Positions 10,366-20,553 of a DNA stretch of 64,000 nt are shown piece by piece. The DNA is from a virus (taxonomy: Duplodnaviria; Caudoviricetes), in IMG/VR virus record IMGVR_UViG_3300025621_001306, positions 1 to 64,000 of that record. The stretch is one strand, 5' to 3'. The notes below the pieces were generated by a model. That model saw only the letters and a program-made list of their open reading frames with translations, was not told the DNA's origin and searched no databases. Position 1 is the first letter of the stretch; each line of letters opens with the position of its first letter. A program made the position numbers and the translations under genes.

Positions 10366-11159
10366 GATGCTTCTCCTTGTTTTTCCATATAGCTTTCCCA
10401 GCAAAACTGGTCGCTTCCGAGATGATCGAAGTTGGGCTTCTCTAGAGAGAGCTGCCTTCCGGCAAATGAATTTCTGCCACATATCAACTTATAAGTCAAG
10501 TAAGCGGAAAAGTCGTCTTTGTTTTTATAGTAGATGGATTGAGCGTCTTCTGTTTTAAATTTATTAACATCGCAATATTGAATTACTTTTTCTTTTACAA
10601 TAAAGTCAAAAGGTAACCCATTATCTTCCACGAAGAACGTTGGCTTTGTGAATTTAAAATTAACAACACAAGAATTAAACGAAGTTAGGTTGTTAAATAT
10701 AAATGAATCATAGAATGGTATGCACATCGATAAATTATCTTCATCCCATAAGCCGGAGAGTAATTTCATGTCGAGGAAGTTGTTGTGATTTGTCTTGCAC
10801 TCAGTATAAATTTTATTTAAAGAGCGACAGCCTTCAGAGTTCTTGGGGAATATGATTATTTTATGCCTGCAGTTGGATTCTTTTATAGACTCTTCGTTTG
10901 AGGCGTCGTTACATACGTCAAATCTTACTCCAAAGATTAATTGAACCCCAAGCTCCCTTGAAACCTTGTCGGCCTCGAGAAAGCCTGTTAAGCTGTCCTC
11001 TACAATAACTACTTGTTTTAAGTTATTTTCTTTGACTATGTCGAAGACGCTGATCGGGCCATCTTGTGAGTCTTCTTCTGGGTCTTTGTCTGAGGCCGGA
11101 GATAATGTTAAGATGCTTTTACCGATAGAGTAGTGGCTCTTGAATATGGGAATTGTCAT
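10362..11159 (-). CDS. Stand-alone PHP domain (DnaE N-terminal-like)
   Basis: FKSHYSIGKS, EDSLTGF, LIFGVRF, KNSEGCRSLNKI resemble the DnaE PHP domain. Confidence 0.78.
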   Translation of the reverse strand: MTIPIFKSHYSIGKSILTLSPASDKDPEEDSQDGPISVFDIVKENNLKQVVIVEDSLTGFLEADKVSRELGVQLIFGVRFDVCNDASNEESIKESNCRHKIIIFPKNSEGCRSLNKIYTECKTNHNNFLDMKLLSGLWDEDNLSMCIPFYDSFIFNNLTSFNSCVVNFKFTKPTFFVEDNGLPFDFIVKEKVIQYCDVNKFKTEDAQSIYYKNKDDFSAYLTYKLICGRNSFAGRQLSLEKPNFDHLGSDQFCWESYMEKQGEAS

Positions 11160-11165
11160 GAGAGT

Positions 11166-11194
11166 AATTTAACATAAATTACCCTCCAAGTCAA
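11166..11194 (-). promoter_or_regulatory. Sigma70-type promoter, probably leaderless
   Basis: TTGACT-17-TAAATT with TGn extension; ATG 6 nt downstream. Confidence 0.65.
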
Positions 11195-11195
11195 G

Positions 11196-12371
11196 CTATT
11201 TTTTTGCTCGCTCTATGAAATGTTCGGCTATCCCACCCTCTTGCAAATACTCTTCGATTTCTTCTAGTAATTTATTCCTTATCTCGCGCACGTCAGGCGG
11301 AATATCTCCCTCTGCTCGCTTTCTTTGAAGCTCAGCATAAGACATTGTCGCCGCAATAAGCAATAGAATAGCGAGTGGATCAAAAACAAATATCAAAGTT
11401 ACAATAACAATCCTTATTCCCTTGCCAGTGTCAATCTCAACACCCGTCCAGTCGTTCAAGGCTTCAACGATATAGGTTATCGGCCCCATCTCTGTTTCAA
11501 GCGCCCTTAATCCTTGGCCATATTCAAATGATTGATTCTCAAGCTCAGCGACTCTATCGTAAGCCTTATCAATTTCCAAGGAGTATAATTCTATCTTAGG
11601 GTCTTCCTTGATTGTTTCGATCTTAAGCGCATTAGTTGAGTCGATTTGTTTGCGCGTTTCATTTATGGAAGATAATGATTCAGACCTAACCAAATTAGAT
11701 CGCGCTTCAGATTCAGATATGTTGGCGCTTATTGATTGTCTTTCTTGTTCTTGTTTTAATAAAGTGCTTTTATATTTTTTATCATCACTAAATAATCCTG
11801 TGCTTTTAGCTCCTTCTAATTCTTTATCTAAGTCTTTTAGTCTTAACTCGTATTTATTAATTAAATCTTGTTCTTGTTTAATGGATAATTCTTGTTCTTG
11901 TTTAATTGAATTTACTCTATCCTGTAATCTTGATATAGTTTCTTGTTTATTTGTATCGCTATATGATTGAGTAGATTCTATTTTTTTAATACTTTCTTGT
12001 TTCTTTATTATGAAATCTTTTTCGCGCGATATCTTTGCTTCTATTTGCGCAACCAAAGCCTGCTCTTTTTCCATTGATGCAGAATGCTCAACATGGGAAC
12101 GAGATAAAAATCCAAAAATACCCATGCTTGTTATGATACTTAACACAAAAACAGCAATAAGCAAATAATTTCTTATGAATTTAAATGCGCTGTGCCATTC
12201 TTTGTGCAGCCACACTGCCGCAACAAGCTTTCCAACCTCAAGAACTGCACCCATTATTATGATCGCTTCCCTTGACCCAGGGAACATAGTAGCAAGACCA
12301 ACTATACTAAAATAAGCCGCAGTAAGAGAAATGCAGATTGCAGAAGCAAAAATAATTAAAACCAAAAACAT
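11196..12371 (-). CDS. Membrane protein: three N-terminal TM helices, long coiled coil, C-terminal TM
   Basis: Hydrophobic segments; LEVGKLV and IFVFDPLAILLL motifs, which I recall from large phages. Confidence 0.7.
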   Translation of the reverse strand: MFLVLIIFASAICISLTAAYFSIVGLATMFPGSREAIIIMGAVLEVGKLVAAVWLHKEWHSAFKFIRNYLLIAVFVLSIITSMGIFGFLSRSHVEHSASMEKEQALVAQIEAKISREKDFIIKKQESIKKIESTQSYSDTNKQETISRLQDRVNSIKQEQELSIKQEQDLINKYELRLKDLDKELEGAKSTGLFSDDKKYKSTLLKQEQERQSISANISESEARSNLVRSESLSSINETRKQIDSTNALKIETIKEDPKIELYSLEIDKAYDRVAELENQSFEYGQGLRALETEMGPITYIVEALNDWTGVEIDTGKGIRIVIVTLIFVFDPLAILLLIAATMSYAELQRKRAEGDIPPDVREIRNKLLEEIEEYLQEGGIAEHFIERAKK

Positions 12372-12372
12372 A

Positions 12373-12645
12373 TTAATTTTCTTGATCTGTGTCTCTGTTT
12401 TCTTTTAACTCGTCGTAATGGCTTAAGTTAATTAATTCAAATCTAACTAAAGAAAAATGTTTACCAGTATTCTTCCGAGAAGATATTTGGTATCCATAAT
12501 TTTTTAAGAAGGAGGATAGCTCCTGTATGTATTTTACCTGAGTATAGCAAATGATTAAGATCGGCGCTCCATCAAAAGAGTTTTCCTGAGAAAAAAGAAC
12601 ATCTTCTGAGTACTCGTAGCAAATATTTTCTATTGTATCTGTCAT
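12373..12645 (-). CDS. Hypothetical protein
   Basis: Fills the gap; ATG 12645 preferred because a GTGTA motif lies 11 nt upstream. Confidence 0.55.
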   Translation of the reverse strand: MTDTIENICYEYSEDVLFSQENSFDGAPILIICYTQVKYIQELSSFLKNYGYQISSRKNTGKHFSLVRFELINLSHYDELKENRDTDQEN

Positions 12646-12667
12646 CAATAACAGAGTACACAAAAAA

Positions 12668-13729
12668 TCAAAAGAAATCGTCTATATCGACTTTTGGTTT
12701 GTTCCAATAAGGGCAACCTTTATACTCCATCATTTCTATGGTTTGCCCCTCTTTGGCTTCGAGGGAGTCTTTGTTTTCTTTGAATGCTGATTTAATTATT
12801 TTGCCGTTTTCATCTTTTAAAACGTAATAATCTAGCGGCTTTCTATGAGAACAAATATAAGCAACGATTGGTTGTCCAGATTTGTCTAGCACGGGTTGAC
12901 CTTTGGATATTTTATAGCCATCCTTTCCGCACATTAATGGACCACCAAAGGTTCCGTCAGAGGGATAGCCTTGAGCTCCTGCAAAATTAGATTCTGCAGT
13001 CTCTTCGTCAAAGTTGTCAATGAATTTCTGTATCTCAGTTAGGTGAAACTCGAGACCTTCAAGCTCCTCTTCTGATATATCTTTCATTTTGACTCGACCA
13101 TTTGAATTTAAATCAAATTTTAGAAACAAGAACTCGACCTGCCTCTTCTTGAAGTGAGGAAATAGTTTTTTAACCGCAAGTGTGTACATGAGATCTTGGA
13201 GATTGTCCGTTAACTCTTTACCTTTGAAAATTTGTTTGCTACTCTTGAAGTCTCTAATGATTGCCGTGCCTTCTTCTTCGTAGAGAAAGAGCTTATCAAT
13301 AAAACCCCTCATTCTATAAAGTTTCTCACCTTCGTCAACCGTTATATCGAAAGATTGTTCTGAGATTCCCTCGTCTGGACTATCCATTCCAGCCCCACCA
13401 AAGAAGTCAAAATGCAGGCCAGCCAAAGTCATGTTGTTTATCAACTCAAGGTTGTCTTTATCATTTACGTTTAACTTTTTAGCATGATAGGCTACAAGCC
13501 TTCTTATTGGCTCGCATAAATATATTGAATCTTTTAATATAATTTCATCATAAATATGCTTATGTCGGGGCTCGCCAAGAAGCTCAAAGATTAAGTGGCA
13601 AATCCAGCCCCTGCTCGAGCCATCGTTTCCGGCGTCAGGAACTTTCAGTTTATAGTTTGCCCAATATTTCCATGAACAACTTTGTGCAGTTTTGATTCTA
13701 CTGGCTGATAGTGGAGTTATTTCTTTCAT
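12668..13729 (-). CDS. PD-(D/E)xK exonuclease (RecB/AddB/Cas4-like), possible Fe-S cluster
   Basis: LSASRI..C, GFIDKL, IRDFKS, QDLMY; one N-terminal and three C-terminal Cys in the AddB/Cas4 arrangement. Confidence 0.82.
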   Translation of the reverse strand: MKEITPLSASRIKTAQSCSWKYWANYKLKVPDAGNDGSSRGWICHLIFELLGEPRHKHIYDEIILKDSIYLCEPIRRLVAYHAKKLNVNDKDNLELINNMTLAGLHFDFFGGAGMDSPDEGISEQSFDITVDEGEKLYRMRGFIDKLFLYEEEGTAIIRDFKSSKQIFKGKELTDNLQDLMYTLAVKKLFPHFKKRQVEFLFLKFDLNSNGRVKMKDISEEELEGLEFHLTEIQKFIDNFDEETAESNFAGAQGYPSDGTFGGPLMCGKDGYKISKGQPVLDKSGQPIVAYICSHRKPLDYYVLKDENGKIIKSAFKENKDSLEAKEGQTIEMMEYKGCPYWNKPKVDIDDFF

Positions 13730-14784
13730 GAGAAGTATTTGTTTTTATATGATGAGGCAGATATGTCTTTGCTTTTCAAAAGATCAAGGATTTTTTTGTG
13801 ATTGTTCTTGACCCCTTCTTCTATATCGAATTCGTTTAGTTTTTTGTTCCATGATAAAAAGTCTTCATCGTTCATGTCTCCGAAGTCGGAAGCCGCTGGT
13901 GGATGGATTATTAATTTATCCCTATCGAAGAAGTTTAGTAGCTTGAGGTAACTCTTAAGAGACCCTATCTCTCCCCTGTTCTTTTCTTTATCACTATCAT
14001 TGTTTAGTGATATGATAATTTTTTTTAAACCTAGAGAAACAAGATGGCAACACAAGGAGTTAGAGACTGAGGTTCCAAAAACAACTAGAACGTTCCTGAA
14101 ACCCTTGTGATGCAGTCTCAATAGATCACCTATGCTCTCAACAAGTATAACTTCTTGGCGACTGCTTATTTCATCTCTAATTGGTAAGTCTCCTGAGCTA
14201 TTTTTTAAATAAAATGGATACGCCCAAGTTGATTTCTTCCCCATGTGCTTCCATTTTGGCCTATCGTTTGGCTGTTTGGACATGTCTCTACCACTAAAGC
14301 CATGTATTTCGCCATTTGAATTGTATATGGGGAAAACGAACCGTTGGTACATTGCCCCCTCTGTAGCTAAACCACACTTAAAAAAAGAGAGTGTTTCGTC
14401 ACCAACACCGCGATCATTATAGAATTTATAATGAGGCAGCAGCTTAATTAGTATCGATTCTGGGTAAGTTTTTTCCATTTCAATTCTTTCTTTGGATGTG
14501 GGGGTTATGCTCTCAGAAGGTAGCGAATCAAAGTCATATCCATCCAAGAATTTAGATAACTCCGACGAATCATTAGTTTGTAGGGTGGCCTCGACTAATG
14601 ATTTTAGGGGGAGGTGCTGGCTGTTATTTACGTAGTCAACCCAAACTCCAGAGTTTTTATATATTTGCAAAGCGGTAGAGTTCTTGCCCCCTCTGTATAG
14701 CGCATTGGTTCTCCAGTGGTTGCCAAAGTCTGTTAACTTATACCCAAGCTTTTGTAAGACGTCTTTTATCTTTTCTGATGTCAA
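13726..14784 (-). CDS. dnaG: DnaG-like TOPRIM primase
   Basis: RFVFPIYN..GFSGR, KWKH, VILVESIGD, SLNND; adjacent to the helicase. Confidence 0.8.
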   Translation of the reverse strand: MTSEKIKDVLQKLGYKLTDFGNHWRTNALYRGGKNSTALQIYKNSGVWVDYVNNSQHLPLKSLVEATLQTNDSSELSKFLDGYDFDSLPSESITPTSKERIEMEKTYPESILIKLLPHYKFYNDRGVGDETLSFFKCGLATEGAMYQRFVFPIYNSNGEIHGFSGRDMSKQPNDRPKWKHMGKKSTWAYPFYLKNSSGDLPIRDEISSRQEVILVESIGDLLRLHHKGFRNVLVVFGTSVSNSLCCHLVSLGLKKIIISLNNDSDKEKNRGEIGSLKSYLKLLNFFDRDKLIIHPPAASDFGDMNDEDFLSWNKKLNEFDIEEGVKNNHKKILDLLKSKDISASSYKNKYFS

Positions 14785-16280
14785 ATCTCTATCCCTCCTC
14801 CAAAAATATCGTTGTCATCTTCTAAGTTTACGTTAACTTGAGACTCAATCATGTCTTGCAGGTCTCCGACTTCAGTTATATTGAAGTTTTCAAAGTTTAA
14901 GTTGATATAATTTTTCTTTAGATCTCCTGTCGGCATTCTTACTGGTTGCACTGCGCGATGTATATTCTCCCCTAGGTGCCTAAATTTAAAACATGTTAAT
15001 TTATGAGTGCCAAAACCAGGCTCGGCGGCAAGCTCGTCAAGTGTTTTTTGTCGCAAACCAAACAAGTGGGAGCTAAATTGAGTAATTCTATCAGACAGGG
15101 ATACTATGCTCTCATCTTCTACGATGTTCTCAGAGCTCCTATTGTTTGTTATGCCAGACCTATTACTTTGAACACTTGTCATCATTGAGATAGAAGGTAG
15201 TCCATCTGTGGTAATATCTCTTTGGATCAATTTCTTAAACTTATCAACCATCTCTCCAACTATTTGCCATTCTGATTTGTTTTTAGAGTTTTCAGATGTA
15301 GTTTTAATGTAGTCAAAACTTAAAATCATAGGATTACCCCTACCAACGGAGCCGTAGTAAAAATGTTTTACAGCTTGAATCATTGAGTCTACAGGCATGC
15401 CACCTACGTTCTGGTAGTATAGCTTGTATTCTTTTATCTTTTTCCAAACAGAACGAACTCTATTTACCACATCTTCTCCAGCCTGTCTCCATTGCCCAGT
15501 CTCAAGCAGATTCATAGGGACTTGAGCTAGAGATGCGCACTGTCTCATCATTAATTCTTCTTTGCTCATTTCCCCATTATCCAAATGTAGGACAGGTATA
15601 TTTTCTTTTGCGGAAACCTTAACGCAGAAATCCATAACAAACTGAGTTTTACCAACACCAGTTCTAGCCACTAATGTAGTTATGTTTCCTGGACGCAGAA
15701 GAGATCCGTAGAGTTCATGCAGTCTTTCATGAGGACCTTTGGGACCAAACTCAGTCTGGGGGTTGTTTCCTTTGTCTTCTACGCATTGCTCCATTTCTTC
15801 AAAAATATTAGAAGCTTTATTGTCGCCAAGCTCATAAGAGCTGACTTGATCGTTATATATAGAGTCGGCTAAGTCTATTATTTGAGTAAAGTTTTTAGAA
15901 CTATCTAGGTTCTTCATTGAGCTGGTTAATTTAGCCCCAGTTTCACCAATCCCCCTTCTTACTGTAAGCTTAGAGAGCTCTTTGGCTGAGTCAATTATCG
16001 ATTCTGCTGAGCCTTTTCTTAGTTTAAGCGCTCGAGAGTATTCGGATATATTAATATTGTCTTCAAAAGATATTCCGGAGAGTTTAATTTTTTCAGCAAG
16101 AACAACTTCATCTATATAGTTCCCTTCTTCATAATCAAGCTTCAAAAATGTAAACACAACTCCGTTTACATCTGATACAAAATCCTTGGAAGTAATAAAT
16201 GAAGCTATCTCCATGTATTTCTCCGGATGATTTAGTAGGCCGCCCAAAAACTGTTGTTCTAATTCGTAAGAATATACCAT
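14781..16280 (-). CDS. dnaB: Replicative DnaB-like helicase
   Basis: N-terminal EQQFLGGLL; Walker A ARTGVGKT; GEM; FDYI; VQSNR. Confidence 0.88.
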   Translation of the reverse strand: MVYSYELEQQFLGGLLNHPEKYMEIASFITSKDFVSDVNGVVFTFLKLDYEEGNYIDEVVLAEKIKLSGISFEDNINISEYSRALKLRKGSAESIIDSAKELSKLTVRRGIGETGAKLTSSMKNLDSSKNFTQIIDLADSIYNDQVSSYELGDNKASNIFEEMEQCVEDKGNNPQTEFGPKGPHERLHELYGSLLRPGNITTLVARTGVGKTQFVMDFCVKVSAKENIPVLHLDNGEMSKEELMMRQCASLAQVPMNLLETGQWRQAGEDVVNRVRSVWKKIKEYKLYYQNVGGMPVDSMIQAVKHFYYGSVGRGNPMILSFDYIKTTSENSKNKSEWQIVGEMVDKFKKLIQRDITTDGLPSISMMTSVQSNRSGITNNRSSENIVEDESIVSLSDRITQFSSHLFGLRQKTLDELAAEPGFGTHKLTCFKFRHLGENIHRAVQPVRMPTGDLKKNYINLNFENFNITEVGDLQDMIESQVNVNLEDDNDIFGGGIEI

Positions 16281-16286
16281 AGTGCT

Positions 16287-16315
16287 ATACTAGCAGAGAA
16301 GAATGAATTTGTAAA
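16287..16315 (-). promoter_or_regulatory. Sigma70-type promoter for dnaB, probably leaderless
   Basis: TTTACA-17-TAGTAT with TGn extension; ATG 6 nt downstream. Confidence 0.6.
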
Positions 16316-16330
16316 GCTTTTTGTGAAAAA

Positions 16331-16609
16331 TTATTCGAGCCCAATATCTGGGTCTTCGTTTTCCATGTTATACATGCTCTCAGCTTCTTCAATATTTAAT
16401 AAATATTTCTCCAAAGACTTTCTAAGGCCCATCTCTACGATTTGGTTCTGAGCTCTAGTATAAACTAGGGGTTTACCATTCTGGTCTGCATAAGCTATAA
16501 TGAAACCCTTGCTATGTTCTGCTCCACCTGTGAACTCGAAAATTTGTTCAAGCAGGTTTTCGGGCATTGAAAAAGTTTGCATGTTTTCTGGATCTATATT
16601 GTTGCTCAT
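16331..16609 (-). CDS. Hypothetical acidic protein
   Basis: 92 aa; GTGTA motif upstream. Confidence 0.65.
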   Translation of the reverse strand: MSNNIDPENMQTFSMPENLLEQIFEFTGGAEHSKGFIIAYADQNGKPLVYTRAQNQIVEMGLRKSLEKYLLNIEEAESMYNMENEDPDIGLE

Positions 16610-16627
16610 TTATATAATATACACTTA

Positions 16628-17038
16628 TTAAAGGATGACTCCAAAGGTTTTGAATAAATCTACAGATAATTTATCTTCTGGGTAAATCTCTACTAGTTTA
16701 ATGTCGTTCAGTTTGCAGAATTCTTGCTTATCATTGTCTCTCCTTATCTGACTAAGGAAAGTTGTTTTTGATTTGCCGTGAAAAAATGGTGTGTATTTTA
16801 AATGCTGAGCGCCTTGAACTTCTATTGCGATGTTTTTATTGGCGTTGTATAGGTCTAGGCTCATTCGGGTGCCAACGATAGGGAACTCTTCAAATACCAC
16901 ATCGTTAAACCAATAGTTCTTCACAAACTCTTTTACTCCAAATTGCATTTTGCTTCTGCTAGGCTTCTCCCATTTTACCATATAATTTTTTGGCTTTTTG
17001 ACTCTTTTTGTTGAACCAACTAATGTTTTAAAAATCAT
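16628..17038 (-). CDS. Vsr/DUF559-like endonuclease
   Basis: LDLYN...IAIEVQGAQH...RDNDKQEFC. Confidence 0.75.
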   Translation of the reverse strand: MIFKTLVGSTKRVKKPKNYMVKWEKPSRSKMQFGVKEFVKNYWFNDVVFEEFPIVGTRMSLDLYNANKNIAIEVQGAQHLKYTPFFHGKSKTTFLSQIRRDNDKQEFCKLNDIKLVEIYPEDKLSVDLFKTFGVIL

Positions 17039-17042
17039 TCTG

Positions 17043-18164
17043 CTAGGACTGATAGATTATTTCTGAGAAATGTTTAATCAAAAACTGTATTAAGTCTGGA
17101 TTAGCTTCGAGTAAGTCATTTAGTTTTGGCTCGCCGTGGAGTTTAGCAGGGAATTCATGACCTTCTTTTTTTAGCAGCTCCACGAAATCTTCTTCTACTG
17201 ATATCCATGCGCCCTTCTTGTTTATATAGCCCCATAGGTATAGCATATCTATAAGCTCCTTCTCTACCCATATAGAAGTTCCATTCTTGCGCCCATATTT
17301 AATTGGATACTCAAGGACATAATTGGTTTTCTCATTAGGAGATTTCTTTACGGTCATTTTTGCGACATGACCAATTATTTTATTCTTGTCATGGTCTAAT
17401 GGCGCGCTAGGATTTTCTAGTATTAGGTCTTTTTTAAACCTAGGTTCGAATTCAAGTATATAATTAGCGAAGTGGAGAAGCGCATTGCCACCTGTGGCAG
17501 TAGTTTGGCGGACAGGAGCCTTGCTATATGGGTCAAGCTTGATATCTGCACGAACCTGAGATATAAATATAGCCATGTGGCCTCTTTTGGCGAGAGCAAT
17601 ACTCATCTTTTGCATAAACTTTGCGCCCAGCAGCGCCCCACCAGCAATCTTATGAGAGTCTTCAAAGTTTTTCTTGAGGTCATCCTTCATTATTAACCCA
17701 TCCAGGGAGTCTAGCACGAAGCAATATTTTATGGCCTCAGGAGTTCTCGCAATAAGGACCCTCATTAAATCTAGTACAGTCTCATATATATTACTCTCAA
17801 AAACAAAACAACTACCTTGATCCCATTCATCTTCTTTAGATACGAACTTGATACCAGAACGTTCTCTTACCTCTGGAGATAATCTTCCCTCTGCTTTGAT
17901 GTATACAGCCTTTGCTTTTGGCATTTTTAAGAAGTTCTTCGCAACCTCTAGAGCTTCAGAGGTCTTGCCTCCCTCGTTTATACCAACAAACCTATGAAGC
18001 CCAGGCCCAAGCCCCCCGCCTAGTTCAAAATCTACTTTAAGGCTGCCGCAAGATACCTTGTAGTCTATATCTTCTTCGTAGTTGTAGTGATGCTCTTCAT
18101 TTTGTTTTAAAAAGCTCTTGAGTGAATCTATTGATCCTGTTTCTGTTTCTGTTTTTTTACTCAT
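17043..18164 (-). CDS. recA: RecA/UvsX-like recombinase
   Basis: Walker A GINEGGKT, VLDSL, FISQVR, TGGNALLH. Confidence 0.88.
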   Translation of the reverse strand: MSKKTETETGSIDSLKSFLKQNEEHHYNYEEDIDYKVSCGSLKVDFELGGGLGPGLHRFVGINEGGKTSEALEVAKNFLKMPKAKAVYIKAEGRLSPEVRERSGIKFVSKEDEWDQGSCFVFESNIYETVLDLMRVLIARTPEAIKYCFVLDSLDGLIMKDDLKKNFEDSHKIAGGALLGAKFMQKMSIALAKRGHMAIFISQVRADIKLDPYSKAPVRQTTATGGNALLHFANYILEFEPRFKKDLILENPSAPLDHDKNKIIGHVAKMTVKKSPNEKTNYVLEYPIKYGRKNGTSIWVEKELIDMLYLWGYINKKGAWISVEEDFVELLKKEGHEFPAKLHGEPKLNDLLEANPDLIQFLIKHFSEIIYQS

Positions 18165-18493
18165 GATAGAAATTCTTTAATATTTTTTGGTTTATTTTGT
18201 TTTATGTAGTCTTCTCCTGTTTTTTCTTTTATATCTATTTGTTTATTAGGAGGTATGTTATATGTGTATCTATTGTATTTCTTTTTGAGTTGATCTGCGT
18301 AGTAACCAGAGCGCAATACAATTATGCTGTCAAGCTTCTTTGGAAACGATAAACCTTTCCAGAACCCATCAATAGGGTAGGATTCAATTAATATGTTTAG
18401 GGATTTTATTTCCCTTCCCCAGAACAATCTCTTTTGAGTCTTGGGTTGTTCTATTAACTTTTCGATTACTTTCTTCTTTTCAGTTTGAGTCAC
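18161..18493 (-). CDS. Basic hypothetical protein (GTG start)
   Basis: 110 aa; ATGA coupling to recA; promoter directly upstream. Confidence 0.65.
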   Translation of the reverse strand: MTQTEKKKVIEKLIEQPKTQKRLFWGREIKSLNILIESYPIDGFWKGLSFPKKLDSIIVLRSGYYADQLKKKYNRYTYNIPPNKQIDIKEKTGEDYIKQNKPKNIKEFLS

Positions 18494-18499
18494 CTATTA

Positions 18500-18528
18500 A
18501 TAATAGCACAAACAATAAAAAAAGTCAA
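18500..18528 (-). promoter_or_regulatory. Sigma70-type promoter, probably leaderless
   Basis: TTGACT-17-TATTAT with TGn extension; GTG 6 nt downstream. Confidence 0.65.
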
Positions 18529-18533
18529 GGGAA

Positions 18534-19370
18534 TTAAATGAAGTATCTTGGCTGGTATTTGTAGGGGTGTGACACTGGGAGATTATTTGAAGTGCCCCAC
18601 TTGTGAGCTAAATATCCTTCCATCTTTTCTTGGACTGAAGAGTCTTCAAAGAATACGAGCTCAGCAATGTATCCATTGATTGAAGAAAACTCTCCCTCAT
18701 TAGCTCCAACATTAAGTGATGAAAATGGATTGGTGCCAATGTTCCCTGAATTTTTAATTTCTCCATCAATCCTGATATGAGAATTACTTCCGTTAAATTT
18801 CACAACAATTAAAAGATCCTCTCCCTCATTGGCGGTGTTTTGGGGCGTGCTAAGGGCGATATTTGAACCTGTTCCACTGCCCCCTAATACTTGAATTGAA
18901 TTGAAGCCAACTGTCCTCCTTGCAGACATTCTATTACCAGGCGCGGTATTTTCAGTGCCAGCAATAATGAAATCCTGCTGGTTATTTATATTGCATTTGA
19001 AAATTACGGCAAAGTATAATGCCTTGGAGTTTTGATCGTATGCAAAAGAATTATTCTCAAGCACCTGAGCAGGTAAGTCCCAAGTTAGTACATTTAAATT
19101 ATTAAGTGTCTCTACGCCCGTCTTGGGTCCAACTTTATTGGCGGTTAATACATTTAAGTGGAATCCATTGTCTGACTTATCGTCAACTTGAGACACGATT
19201 CCAGCAGATTCCGTTATGGTGGATATGTCGCTTGCGTCATACCAGGCAAATAGCGAACTTTCTTCTGGGGTCCAGCGATATTGAAAATTTTTGAGCTCAG
19301 TGTCGGGGTAAAATTTAGTCTGGTATGCGGAAGTTTTACCGATGAGCCTGAAGCTTGATATATCCCCCAT
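18534..19370 (-). CDS. LamG/concanavalin-like virion protein
   Basis: AWYDASD...GYIAELV...EGYLAHKWG..LP..HPY pattern seen in phage lectin-like domains. Confidence 0.6.
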   Translation of the reverse strand: MGDISSFRLIGKTSAYQTKFYPDTELKNFQYRWTPEESSLFAWYDASDISTITESAGIVSQVDDKSDNGFHLNVLTANKVGPKTGVETLNNLNVLTWDLPAQVLENNSFAYDQNSKALYFAVIFKCNINNQQDFIIAGTENTAPGNRMSARRTVGFNSIQVLGGSGTGSNIALSTPQNTANEGEDLLIVVKFNGSNSHIRIDGEIKNSGNIGTNPFSSLNVGANEGEFSSINGYIAELVFFEDSSVQEKMEGYLAHKWGTSNNLPVSHPYKYQPRYFI

Positions 19371-20086
19371 TACAAATCATGCTTTTCCTGCAACAAGCAA
19401 GTTCCTGTAAAATTAGCATCACCTGTGAAGGTAACCCTGCTGTATCTGAAGTTGAATTCATCGTAATAACTAAAAGTTGTATCGGTAGAGGACTCGATTG
19501 TCCTTGTTTCTATTGACGCCCAGTTGGCCCCATCCATGCTAGCTTCAAATATAAAACTACCAGTAAAGGTATTGTTGGCGCCAGTATAGCAATGAGCTAT
19601 GTAGCCATGCTTGCTATAACAAGGGGATGCAGTCGGATGAAGGTCCGTCGATGCACTACTACTTCCAAGGTCCGCACTGTCAAAATTTGTAGAATCTGTA
19701 AAGCTGATATAAGTCTTTGGGTCAAAAGATGGAACCGGATTAGCGTCAGATACATCTACGTCGCCCACCTGTAGGTTGGCGCTAACAAAATCTGTGTCGC
19801 TAGTCAGATCCCTAACGTCTAAGTCTGTAGACTCGACGTTGATCGCTTGATTTTCACTGGTATAGATGTTTACGGAGTCTTCGTCTTTGTCTAAATTTAC
19901 GTTGATCTGCGCATCTTCTATATTTACAGTCAGTAAGTCTCCAGTATTTAAAGGTCTCCAGCCGCCAGCCTCAGAATTAATTCCTTGATCCCATATGTAT
20001 TGTAAATTTACATCTGGAGAATGTGATGCTTGACTGCTTCCGCTAAAAAGAGGATTATCGTATGTTTGCGTAGGTATTGTACTCAT
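19370..20086 (-). CDS. Acidic putative structural protein
   Basis: D/S/T-rich; FEASMDGANW...RYSRV jelly-roll-like C-terminus. Confidence 0.55.
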   Translation of the reverse strand: MSTIPTQTYDNPLFSGSSQASHSPDVNLQYIWDQGINSEAGGWRPLNTGDLLTVNIEDAQINVNLDKDEDSVNIYTSENQAINVESTDLDVRDLTSDTDFVSANLQVGDVDVSDANPVPSFDPKTYISFTDSTNFDSADLGSSSASTDLHPTASPCYSKHGYIAHCYTGANNTFTGSFIFEASMDGANWASIETRTIESSTDTTFSYYDEFNFRYSRVTFTGDANFTGTCLLQEKHDL

Positions 20087-20118
20087 AATTTTATTATCTT
20101 ATAAGAGTATACACTTTT

Positions 20119-20553
20119 TTAGCGCCTTTTGCTGGGAATTGCATAAAACCCAACAACCATAAAGCATAAATCCATAAAGGACGAGAGCATCAAGCCTCCA
20201 GTCATTTGAACCAGCTCCCAGTCTTTAGCTCCGAATATCCAACTAAAAAATCCCCATCTAGTTCCTTCTCCTTTTGGCACTATCAGATTATAGGTTATGT
20301 CTGGGTTGTGGGCATAGTAAATCATCAAGTAACACATAGTGAAGGTTATTGACATAAAAAGTATACGTCTTGAGATTTTCACGAAGGGGTCGCTGGCTTG
20401 AGCAGATTGGTTTTTGCAAATAGCATCAAACATAGCTGCATCTTTGGCAGCTATAAAGAGTTGGTCTTGGCGTTTTTGCTCAAGCCAAGAATTAATTAAA
20501 TTGCAGAGCAGCTTGATTCCTGCTCCAAGAATTGTATTTAATATAGGCCCCAT
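20119..20553 (-). CDS. Small membrane protein, possible holin
   Basis: Two or three hydrophobic helices and a basic C-terminus (SKRR). Confidence 0.5.
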   Translation of the reverse strand: MGPILNTILGAGIKLLCNLINSWLEQKRQDQLFIAAKDAAMFDAICKNQSAQASDPFVKISRRILFMSITFTMCYLMIYYAHNPDITYNLIVPKGEGTRWGFFSWIFGAKDWELVQMTGGLMLSSFMDLCFMVVGFYAIPSKRR

